A stretch of 64,000 nt of DNA from Lepidodermella squamata (Eukaryota; Animalia; Gastrotricha), in the NCBI GenBank assembly GCA_047495785.1, contig JBLDXI010000009.1, positions 2,418,001-2,482,000 on the forward strand. The letters run 5' to 3'. The position numbers were made by a program, and so were the translations under genes. Under the pieces are notes generated by a model, which saw nothing but the letters and a program-made list of their open reading frames with translations, was not told where the DNA came from and did not search any database. This document shows, one piece after another, positions 1 through 11,022 of this stretch; position 1 is the stretch's first letter, and every line of letters starts with the position of its first letter.

Positions 1-461
1 TGTCAGACCCTGACAACCCGTATCACCTTAAAATCCATAGCCGGAAGGGTTTCGTGCGTGAAGCTTTGAAAGCCGGTGCCTCCCTAGTCCCTGTTTTCTC
101 ATTCGGCGAATCAGAGATATTTTACTTGAAAAAAGCTGAAAAAGGTTCGAAGCTGCAGGCCTTCCAGAAATGGTGCCATCGCTACCTCAGATTTGTCCCG
201 CTTGTTTTCTACGGAAAACTGCCCTTCTTCCCGTTTCGAAAGCCGATTAATTCAGTTGTTGGAGCTGCTATCGACTTGCCTCACATCGAATCGCCGACTG
301 AAGAAGATATTACTCTGTAAATACTCTTTATTTTGATAAGATTTTCAAATTTCCTATTTATTTTAAGGTGGCATGGAAAATATATGGAAGCCTTGAAAAA
401 GCTGTTCGAGGATCACAAGGATCGATTTGGTCTTCCCGGCCAGGAATTGCACCTTCATTGA
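1..461 (+). CDS. DGAT2/MOGAT-family acyltransferase, copy 1 (5'-truncated by window edge)
   Basis: Frame reads [23 protein letters not shown]...[14 protein letters not shown] (DAGAT C-terminal motifs). Intron 317-367 (GT-AG). Last exon [17 protein letters not shown]...LH, stop 459-461. Confidence 0.93.
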
Positions 462-715
462 AAAACTGCTAACAAAATTTCAACGCGCTCAACTTTTAAT
501 TTTGATTTATCGTAATTAGTCTTTTCGAAACTCCCTGTGAAAATTGATTTTCAAGATATTTTATGGATCCCTTATAGCGGGATTTGTTTTGGCTTTAGCA
601 TATTCCAATTCAATTTGAGACGCGTTTTAAGGATTTTATCGGCGCTGTAATAAAATCATGACAGCTTGAATCTATCGTGGTAAATAATTTTCTAGTAATT
701 TATTTTTTCAATTAA

Positions 716-1797
716 ATGACCATGACAAAACCGAGTACTGGCATTCTCGGAATGCTGATGGCCGCTCAATACGTTTGTTTCTTCCTAATCGGCCCGTTGT
801 TTATGCTTGGCTTCATTATCTCATTTTTCACCTCAATCTACCCATTCTCTCTGCTCTATCTCGCCTGGTGCATTTACGACCGCGAAACTCCGAATCTCGG
901 CGGCCGTCGCTTCGATTGGCTTCGCAACATGTCCGCCTTCCGCACTTTTGCCGACTATTTCCCGGTGAGACTGCACAAAACTGCCGAGCTGGACCCGGCA
1001 AAGTGCTACATTCTCGGCTTCCACCCGCACGCTATCCTCAGCATTGCGAGTTTCGCGAATTTCGCCACCAATGGCACGGGTGCTAATAAAAAATTTCCTG
1101 GCATTAACTTTCATTTGCTGACTCTTTTCATGAATTTCTGGGCACCGCTTTGGCGCGATTATGAGCTTGGTTTCGGCATGGGCGCTGTCACGGCTAAGAG
1201 TATAATTCATAAGATGACGAAACTCGGCCCAGGCCATGCTGCTATTATTGTTGTTGGGGGCGCTCAGGAGGCTAAACTTTCGGACCCTGAAGACCCGTAC
1301 CGATTGATTTTGAACGCCCGCAAAGGGTTCATTAAGGTGGCTCTCCGAACTGGGTATGTTAATCGAATAGATCACCTATTTTTCTTGAAATTATTTGTAA
1401 TAATTTAGTGCCTCGCTTGTGCCTGTTTTCACATTTGGAGAAATTGATGCTTTTACGATTAAAAAAGTTTCCCCGCATTCGCTTGTTGGAAGAATTCAGC
1501 GCCTGATATACCGAATTTTTTCGTTCTTCCCCATTGTTTTCTACGGTAAATACTTGCTAGTCCCATACCAATGCCCGATTCACACAGTTGGTGAGTTTCT
1601 TTGAATTCTAGTTTTTTTTCGATGATTTTGACCTAATTTTCCCAGTTGGCGCCCCAATCGATGTCCCACTAACGCCTCATCCTACCAATGAAGAGGTCAA
1701 TAAGTACCACTCGATGTATGTCGAAGCTTTGAAGCAGCTATTCGAAGACAATGTTGTTAAATATGGCGACCCGACAAAGAAACTGACAATCTTGTAA
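716..1797 (+). CDS. DGAT2/MOGAT-family acyltransferase, copy 2 (3 exons)
   Basis: YFP, HPHA, VVGGAQE and RKGF motifs. Exons 716-1353, 1409-1590 and 1646-1797 join in frame. Confidence 0.95.
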
Positions 1798-2096
1798 AAT
1801 CAAACTGATATTATGAGTTATTTCTGGTCTTCAAATCACCAGCATATTATTTTTGCTATAGATGCTGTCTTTCCATTGCCATAATAAAACTTCCGAAACC
1901 TTAGAACGAAATTATCTATGAATTTCGTAATAATTTTTCTACAGTTGTGCTCAATTATTAAACACTAGAAAAATCTCGACTAACATTGCAATAAGAATTT
2001 TTGTTCTCAGGACTTCTTATATAACAGGAATAAATCATGTTGTTTTCTTGCATTATCTCTTAATTTTTTGTTTGCTTGAAAAAATAGGGATTTAAA

Positions 2097-3178
2097 ATGC
2101 CTTCTTCAAGCTCGAATTTCAACACCCTGCTCGGTGTGTTTATGGCCGTGAAATACACGTCTTTTTTCATGTTCGCCCCTCTCGTTGTTGTTTGCTTTCT
2201 GGCTACTTTTCTAACACCGTTGTTCCCGCTCTCGCTGCTCTACTTGGCCTGGTGCTACTATGATAAGGATACGCCATTTCGAGGTGGGCGGAGACTGCAG
2301 GCAGTTCGCAGCATGCCAGCATGGCGAGCATTCGCTAAATACTTTCCTGTCTCGCTGCATAAAACAGCCGAGTTGGACCCATCGAAATGCTACATTATCG
2401 GCCATCACCCGCACGCTTTGATCGGAATTGGCAACAATGTCAACTTCACAAGCGAGGCGAATAATATCAGCGAAAAATACCCGGGTATTACCACCCACTC
2501 GTTGACATTGGACTCGAATTTCTGGGTACCTTTCTGGCGAGATTATATGCTCTGGCTTGGCATGGGGGCGGTTTCTGCGAAAAGTATCACTCATAAATTA
2601 ACAAAACTCGGCCCAGGCCAAGCTGTGGTTATCCTTGTCGGAGGAGCGGCCGAAGCTGCCCAGGCTGACCCGAACGACCCGTATCGACTGGTTTTGAAAG
2701 ATCGCAAAGGCTTCGTTAAGATTGCGCTGAAAACGGGGTAATTATCGAATTTTAAGGCGGATTTTTTTTAAATTGAATCTTCTTAACTTTAGAGCTTCCT
2801 TGGTGCCTGCGTTTACTTTCGGAGAGATGGGCGTTTTTACCATCAAAAAAGCGACTCCTGGGTCATTTTTTCATAAAGTTCAGCAACTTGTTCATCGCAG
2901 CTACTTGATCTTTCCTGTCATTTTCTATGGCCGCTTTTTGGTGCTTCCTTACAGATCCCCTATCCATACAGTTGGTAAGTTGGACCTGGATAATCATATT
3001 TCGGTCATGATTTTTTTCAAATTTAGTTGGCTCAGCAATTGACGTGCCTCTGATTCCTGAACCTAAGGATGAAGACATCAATCGTTACCATTCGATGTAT
3101 GTCGATGCTCTGAAGAAGCTGTTCGAGGAAAATGTTGGCAAGTATGGCGATCCGACTAAGCAGCTCAAAGTTCTGTAA
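2097..3178 (+). CDS. DGAT2/MOGAT-family acyltransferase, copy 3 (3 exons)
   Basis: YFP, HHPHA, LVGGAAE, RKGF and ASLVPAFTFGE motifs. Same two introns as copy 2. Stop TAA 3176-3178. Confidence 0.95.
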
Positions 3179-3518
3179 AACTGTCCAAAGTTTTAACTTT
3201 GCAATTTTTCCTTTGATTTTAATGTGGTTGTTTTGTGGCTTTGCTGCTCAATTTATCAAATCCCAAACTTTCATAATTAGATTATATGCTCAGTTTTAAA
3301 TTTTAAACTTTTCTTTCGATTTTAAGGTGGCTGTTTTATGATGAACTGCTCGATTACTGAAATCCCAATCTTTCATAAATTTATTCAGTTTATTGCTCAT
3401 TTTTGTTGCACAACCTCATTTTTTGGTTTTACCCAAGGTAATCTAATAATCCTGGCAATATTATTGAATTTTTATAGATTTTTTATTTATTTTATTTTTA
3501 ACCGAGTTCGAATTTGAT

Positions 3519-4585
3519 ATGGAGAGGTTTCTTGGAGCTCTCATGGCCGCGCATTATGTTGGGCTCTACATATTTTGGCCCATCGTTTTTGTCATCATTT
3601 ACGCACTGTATTACTCTTCGTACTACCCGTTACTGCTCATCTATGCAGCTTGGTTCATCTACGACCGTAAAACACCTGTACTTGGCGGGCGAAGAATCGA
3701 GTTTCTTAGAAAATCGGTTTTTTGGAGATATCTTGCAGCGTACTTTCCGTACACCTTACACAAAACAGCCGAGTTGGACCCGTCGAAAAACTACATTTTT
3801 GCGCATTTTCCTCACGCTGTTCTTAGCTTGTCAAACTTCATGAATTTCTACACTGACGGAACGGGTGCAAGTGAAAAATACCCCGGCATTACCTTCCACC
3901 CACTTACAATGGATACAAATTTCCTCATGCCGATTTGGCGGGAGTACTTGTTGAGCTTAGGAGCTGGCGGAGTTTCAGCCGTCAGTATAATCTACAAAAT
4001 GACGAAAATGGGGCTTGGAAATGCGGCCTGCATCGTTGTAGGAGGTGCGTCAGAGGCTGGTCTAACAGACCCCGATGATCCATATTGTTTAATTCTCAAA
4101 AATCGGAAAGGATTCATCAAAATGGCCCTGAAAACTGGGTAAATATATATTCAAAAATTATCCAGAAATTTCGAAAAATTTTCGAATTCTAGGGCTTCTC
4201 TAGTTCCCGTTTTCAGCTTCGGAGAGGCTGATATCTTTTCAGTGATAAGACCAAAGCCTGGTTCTTATCTGAAGAGAGTTCAGGATATGATTCACCGCAC
4301 TCTTTCATTTTATCCCATTCCATTTTATGGGCACTTTTTTATCTTGCCATATTCACGGCCCATCAACACTGTGGGTGAGTTGAGAGTACCTTTTTCGAGG
4401 TTATTCGTAATTTCAACATGAAATCTATTTCAGTCGGATCACCAATATATGTCCCTTTGAAGCCAGATGCGAGTGATGAGGACGTAAATCACTACCATTC
4501 AAAATTTATCGAGGCTTTAACCAGCCTTTTCGAGGAAAATGTCAAGAAATTCGGCGATCCGACTAAAAAATTGAAATTGATGTGA
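3519..4585 (+). CDS. DGAT2/MOGAT-family acyltransferase, copy 4 (3 exons)
   Basis: YFP, HFPHA, VVGGASE and RKGF motifs. Same two introns as copies 2-3. Stop TGA 4583-4585. Confidence 0.93.
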
Positions 4586-4770
4586 TAATCAGTGGACCTG
4601 GATACCCTGGTTTCGTAGATCTCCCACCGCTGGTTATGGGCAATGGCACTTGAATCATTCCCTCACCGCTTATCACCCAAATAGCTGAAATGGATGGTTA
4701 TTATTTGGTGTAAAAAAATCAATTTTTTGTTATAGGTTCGCGTTTTTTGTTTATTTTTGTTGTCTCGAAA

Positions 4771-7700
4771 ATGGCCGGTGAAGGTTTTAATTTAATCGCA
4801 TGGTCGAAGCGCCGTTTCATCAAAACAATAGAGTCGCTAAGTACCTTCCACTTCATGACGCTGTTTCTGTGCTTCAATTTCGGACTGCTGTTCTTCTTCA
4901 TCTACCTGCTGTTCACACCGCTGTTTTTCATCCCGCTTCTCTATGCAGTTTGGTATTACATTGATAAAGATACGCCAAGTTTAGCCGGGCGACGTTTCGA
5001 ATGGGTTCGCCGCTTGCATATCTGGAGATGGATGGCCCATTATTTCCCTATTAGCCTTCACAAAACTGCTGATTTGGACCCTAAAAAGAACTACATCTTC
5101 GCGTTTCACCCTCATGTAAAATTTGAAAAATTTGAAAATTGAAGCCAAAAAAATGAATTTTCTCTCTTTTTCAGGGAATTTTCGTGATCGGTGGTTTTAT
5201 CAATTTTTGCACTGAAGGAACCGATTTTAGCAAACATTTTCCGGGGATTACGAATCATTTTCTCATTCTCGATGGGCAATTTCAATTCCCGCTGTATCGT
5301 GATTATTTAATTGCCGGCGGTACTGGAGCTGTTAATTCGAAATCTGTGCATTATAAGCTGACCAAACTCGGCCCGGGTCATTCGGTGTGGATCGCGATTG
5401 GCGGAGCTGCTGAGGCGTTTCTCGCCGACTCAATTTCTTACAAGCTCAAAATTTTGGAGCGGAAAGGTTTCGTTAAAATGGCCCTGCGAACTGGAGCATC
5501 GCTCGTCCCTGTGTTTTCATTCGGGGAAACTAATCTTTTCGACCAAGTTCGGCCGAAAGAAGGCACGATTCTTTATCGCCTTCAGGAAACAGCCCGCCGT
5601 TGGCTTGGATTTGCGCCGGTTGTATTCAGGGGCCGGAAAATTAACCCATTTATGCCTTTCCGCAAGCCAATCAATACAGTTGGTAAGTATTAATTGAATA
5701 AAATTGAGTATTATTAAAGTAAATTTATAAATATTTAAGGGAATATCTAGAATGAAGTAAAAATGCGGTAATTCATGGTTGATCACCCATTTTCGACTTA
5801 ACAACCGTAAATTTTCGATTTTTTTTATTTGTTTATTCGTATCATTGAAAACGTGAGCAAATTTCGGCTCAAATTCATAAAAATTATCCGTCAATAGGAC
5901 GACCTTCATTTTCTATAGCGCTGTGAACCCAAAAAGGAAAATTATAAACTCCTCGACTATTTTTGACGATTTTTGAATACCTATCGGAATTCAATCGGAT
6001 CTTCGATTTGTAGGATTTACATTAGTTGAAGTTGGAAATGGGACGCCGTCATTATAGCAGCGACAAAATAGCGAGCTTTATTCTCTCTCCATTTTACATT
6101 ATACACAACATCTGCTCTCATCACATTTTAAACCTTACAGTAGTCCATTGGTTGACAGAATCTATATGATTAAGTAGCTGACGGTTTTGAAATGTTGGAA
6201 TAATTTTCAAAAAAGCGTTGTTAGCAGCCACGTAGGGGCTCTTGTTGGTATATCGAGCGATCGATTTGCCATCTTCATATTGGTGTAGCTTCTGCTCCAT
6301 TAGATCTTGCTCTTTGCGGATCGCCTTGACTAGTAGGTGAACGGAGTAGGGTGTTTTATGTCAAGGCAACGAGCGAAAGCCTTATGCCAAGCTGCCTGAA
6401 GGTTGTCAGTTCGAGGAACCTTGGACATAACCCGGCGAGCTCGGAATAGGAGTTTAGCGGTGTATTTTAAGACGCGATTAAGACGCGTGCTATTACCTAA
6501 GCTAGACCTAAGCCATGCCCGGACATATCTAATGGGGTCGAATCTCTCTGAAAGGGAGGAGTGGGTGCGTTTATTGCAATAAAACTGCTGGCATGTTGTT
6601 GAGCAAGGCAGTGATGCTGAGATAAGATGAGTATGGCCACCTGATATCAAAAAGGGTCAATTTCGGAGGCCTCTGAAGATAAATCTTTCAGCCTCTTGCT
6701 AGAGTTTGAGTAAAAATTGTAAATATCGGCTGCAAACGACTTGAATACTTAACTTCACAGCCGTCAACGATTTGATCGCATCAGCTATTGCCAGCTCCAG
6801 TCGATGAGTCAAGCAGTGAATCAGCCACAACTTGTTGAATCGTCTTCTCAAATCGTCTTCTCAAATCGTCTTTTGGATGACCTTTGCCCACCCAGCACAT
6901 GGAGACGAATTTGAACTTAAAATTTGCGAATTTAATCATCAGCAACCATACTTGCTTGGCAAAGGGCGAAAAGCCGTCAAAAAGTCTTGTTGTATCCAAT
7001 GTTGTATCACTTTTGGTAGCTAAAAAATACCTGATATGGATAGATGATGATTCGTTGGCACGTACGCGCGGTGACCTTCCTTGTTTATAAGACTTGCAGT
7101 TTACATGGCTGTCGAATTCAGATCGATCGTATGCACCACTGGACCTCTCGCAGGCACAAGAAGCAAGTTCAGTGAAGTCTTCACCCGATGACAAGAGTGA
7201 CTGAAGCTTCTTTTTGGAGCCGATTAGCTTTTTGATGCCTATGTGTGGAAATACAAATTCGTAAATGTTAAGGTTCGCAGATGGAGTGGTGCCGAGAGGA
7301 AGCTTCCGTGCTTTAGTAATTCTTGAGTAGGTATGATTCATTCTAGATGAACACCGTCTTTAAAACAAAGCTCATCGAAACCGTGAAACAGGTGAACAAA
7401 TTTTACATCAAATTCTGAACAAAGTAAAGTTCATTATAAGTAATCTAATAATGAACGTTCATTATAAGTTTTGTGCGGATGGCCAGGCAATTGCGGCACT
7501 CCTGCTGCGACAGTGTTCGAGTTTCGGCTAGCCAAATAGCGCAGCATTTTTCGTGCGTTCACGCTTGCGTAATCGAGGCCACAGCGCGCGAGGTCGTTGG
7601 TACCGAAAACGGCGATTACGAGGTCGAAACTTTCCAGGTCAATTTGACCGACGAATGACTGCTCATTCACGCGCCCTGCCATAAACCCGCCCATTGCGGT

Positions 7701-9354
7701 TTCAACGCGAGGCCCAGCTTTCAGCGCCTCGGAGCATATGTCGCTCAAGTGCGAGACGCCTATCAAGCACACACGCGGTAGGTGCAGCATGATGATCGAT
7801 AATTAGAACGACAAAAGCTCAATTAGGAAGTAATAGCAAAAGTATTAGCGGTTGATGTGAGGAGGCAGTCGCACATTCTTAAGTACCAATGCTCAGCGGG
7901 ATAAACAAGGTGCGCGCGCAGGGTAATTCAAGGTAAAGCGCGTTAATACCATTTGCGCGATCGACACGGGTGTGACAAGGGGTCGCTGCACTTAATGTCC
8001 TGCTCAAGACAACTGTTGTTAATTAACCCTTAATCACATCATTGTTTCGATGTTACGAAACGCGCATTTCACTCTTACATTTCACCCTTCGATTTCATAA
8101 TTGAATTGAGAGGGATCGCTCTCAGACGGTCAAGAATATCGCCCGGACAGACACAGTGGAGGAACCCGTGTCTTCCACCAAGTCGTGATCGATTAAGTCA
8201 CTCAATTCGGAAACATTGTAGGCACCTCAGACAGCGATCCATGTAGACTTTGGCGTATCACTGTTGATTTCTACAGCTCGACGACCGAAAATTAGCTTTC
8301 CTTCATGGGTTCGAAGCTCTTCAACTACAGGCATCGGTCCTTCTGAGAATATGACAGTGTTATCCCTCGAAACAATAAAGGGATGCCTTCACGTTTGTAA
8401 TGATGACAACAGCAGCGGCCTGAGGCTTTACGGCACAACGCTTCAGCTTTTGCGGGTATTTCCATCACTCCCACGATGTTTAGATTCCGCCCGTTCCTCA
8501 GAAGTATTCCGCTATTCTTCAATGCATTCATTTCTTCATCGAATTCCTTGAATAATGAACTTTTGGATGGCCTTCGCGTGCCATAGAGCGACGGTAAATT
8601 TTAGCTTTGACAACCAAGACCAGAGGCCATAAGTTGCTGCCCAAATACTTATATATTTGAATGCCATCGAAGCCAGTCAAAAAGAAAACTGAATTCGCAT
8701 CGTAAGCGAATAGACAGCAGTTGTCATATACTATTTATAGCTAATTATACTGGTATCACGTATGACAGATTGTCAAGAAATTATTTCATCAGCATCAGTA
8801 GTAGGAATTATAAACCAGAGATTGTCAGAAATAGTTTTAAATACATAAAAGCATTTGGCGCGTATTTCAGAGAATTTTGCGAAATTGTCATGATCGTCGA
8901 CACGCCTATAGATTTGGACGTGGCCTTTCGGATTGTGGCGATAGTTTTCGATGTAGGAGTTTCGAATAGGTCCTAAATGTAATTTAAAGGGCGGGCGTCC
9001 AGAATCTTATTGAACAAAGCCTCAATAGCTGAGCTGTAGAACTTGTAACGTCTATATATACCGTATTTGGTTGGAGGGGTACCTGATATAAACCTTATAT
9101 AAACCTGTAATAACATTTACTGTTTAATTATTCAATTTTTACTTAGTCGGCGCCCCGATCGACGTTCCTCATGTTCCTGAGCCAACTCAAGAAGATATTG
9201 ACAAGTTGGAATTTTCAATTTTCTGTCTTACGATCTATAACCGTTCTGTTTTTCTTCAAGGTGGCATGGTGTTTATCTCGAAGAATTGAAGAAGCTGTAC
9301 GAAGGTCACAAAGCTGAATTTGGCGACGCTGAAAAGGAGCTTGAGCTATTTTGA
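4771..9354 (+). CDS. DGAT2/MOGAT-family acyltransferase, copy 5 (4 coding exons, canonical HPHG)
   Basis: Exons 4771-5115, 5175-5682, 9147-~9204 and ~9260-9354. HPH|G is rebuilt across intron 1. The 3.46-kb intron 5683-9146 sits at the TV|VG position shared with copies 2-4. Confidence 0.92.
6150..6480 (-). mobile_element. Degenerate Mutator/MULE transposase C-terminal fragment (intronic)
   Basis: VPRTDNLQAAWHKAFARCLDIKHPTPF-(frameshift)-VKAIRKEQ matches the animal MULE signature PRTNNxxEGWHxxF..HP..F.AL..EQ. Confidence 0.72.
6781..7341 (-). mobile_element. Degenerate EnSpm/CMC (CACTA-like) transposase fragment
   Basis: LFDGFSPFAKQVWLL...ANF...CWVGKGHP resembles the DG..PF..WP...W.G.KP block around the first catalytic Asp of CMC/EnSpm transposases. 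Confidence 0.5.
7434..7790 (-). pseudogene. Truncated SGNH/GDSL hydrolase-like ORF, probably of mobile-element origin
   Basis: Block I-like RVCLIGVSH, block II GG and block III FDLVIAVFGTNDL are present; no block V DxxH before the stop. Confidence 0.65.
8250..8700 (-). mobile_element. Second degenerate EnSpm/CMC transposase fragment
   Basis: Frameshifted translation GFDGIQIYKYLGSNLWPLVL / LYGTRRP..LFKEFDEEMNALKNSGI...EIPAKAEALCRKASGRCCC follows the DG-WP-KP-F..E...L..GI-D.PA.A-C..C order of this family. Confidence 0.62.
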
Positions 9355-9651
9355 TTGCGCAAATCCGGACTGCGAGTGAACCAAAATCAAAATTCGATTG
9401 ACCTTAATAACTGATATAGCCATTTTTGCCGGTGCCTGAGCTCTTGTTTGTTGAAGCCTCTAATCACGTTCTTTCCAATTATATTCGGAGAATTCTAATA
9501 GTTTTTGAGCATGTTTTTTTTAAGCCATATTCTAATTGCAACGAAACTGCTTCGACAGACACCATTTTTCTGGATCAACGACAACTAGCGACATATTTTT
9601 TCGCTTTATACAAAAAATTAATTTTCATTGAACTGCCTCGATTTTTTTTAG

Positions 9652-10343
9652 ATGGCTGATGATTATTTGAATAGCGACGACGGTTTCGCGCCGCGTTATC
9701 AGCGGCTCGATCAAGAAAGCGGGCCTGATCTGCGAATAGCCACGCATCGTTTGTCGCCGAAATCTCGCCGCGGCAACAATCGCAGCGATGTCCACGATAG
9801 GTTGTCTGAAATTCGCGAATATCTCGCCGATAATCGGCCGGATCCTCAGTGGGAAAAACTAAAAGCTATCCTAAGCGTTCTTCTCGACATTTTTTGGATC
9901 GTCGCCTCGATGGCGGTATTTCACCTCACCGATTTTTACGTTCGCGTGTTATACGACAAAAAAATTGACAGGTTTAATGAAAAAATCCGCCTTAAAAATT
10001 CGTCAATTCATTTTTTAATAGGGATTGGTTGTTGGCTAGCACTGTTTCAATTTCTATCGATTTGTTGATTGCTGGTTATTACATTGTTTATTTGACGTGT
10101 TACAAGAATGTCCCGACTAGCGAGTGGGATTCGTATTGGAGCTGGGGATTCCCAATTGCGACACTGCTGTTCTTTGTTGCGACGATAACTTTTACAGTGG
10201 CAGCTTGGCAAGTGTGGTGGATTTTCACGCCGCTGATTTTATTCCTATTTTTCATGGGTTTCATCACCGTCGTCTCGTACATTCCCGACTTTGGCCGACA
10301 TGAAGATCTCGAAAAGAAGACATCTACTACTAAAATTCTATGA
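9652..10343 (+). CDS. TMEM128: Transmembrane protein 128
   Basis: Two exons (9652-9971, 10022-10343). FWIVAS...TDF, IAGYYIVYL, PIAT..F, W.VW..FTPLILF..FMG match TMEM128. Confidence 0.88.
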
Positions 10344-11022
10344 TCAAGTCATTTTTTATTTATTCTGTGATTTAAATTGCTTATTTACAAAATATCTGCT
10401 TTGATTTTTTATATATAATATTATTGCTTTTGGTTGTTTAGTCGCGTTGTAAAAAAGCTCATTATTTGCGTTGGTGATATGTTGGCAAATAAAATTAGCT
10501 CATGAAATCTTCACCCGATTAAGCGAAGATTAACTCGATAATTTTCTCGCGATTATCTGTTCGCAAATATTTCCGAAAATTGCCGAGACATCGTATCCGA
10601 AAAAAGGCGGCTTTCACTTTTTTGTTGTCAGTCAGGTTCAAATTTAATAATCCGCATGTTAGATTATACATGAGAGCGCGGATCGATTTTCGCGTCGCGG
10701 GTTATCTGCAGGTTTTGCCTTCTTGATTAAAACAGAAATCTTGTGATTAATTAAATCGATCGCGCGTCGATCAACCGTGGCGTGTCGTTATTTTACGTTT
10801 CACTTCAAGGTGCGCAATTGCGAAGCTGATGATGGCGATGATACGCAGTGAGAATCCTGTTGTGTTATTTCCTGCTTTACTTATATCAATCACGTCGATA
10901 CACGCTTTTGGCTTGAAATTGTCATGTGCGCACATTTTTGAGTAGTTGCCCAGAGTTTTTTTGTCTGCTTTACGTCGAAAAGTAAAGGCATAGCGGCTGT
11001 TTAATTGAAGAAGAGCGCGGTC

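Noticed and set aside
3190-3385. Imperfect tandem duplication of about 110 bp between DGAT copies 3 and 4; similar low-level repeats at 13960/22150, 23400-23540, 37640-37720 and 46040-46105
   Set aside because: Real but ordinary AT-rich local or dispersed repeats with no evidence of function.
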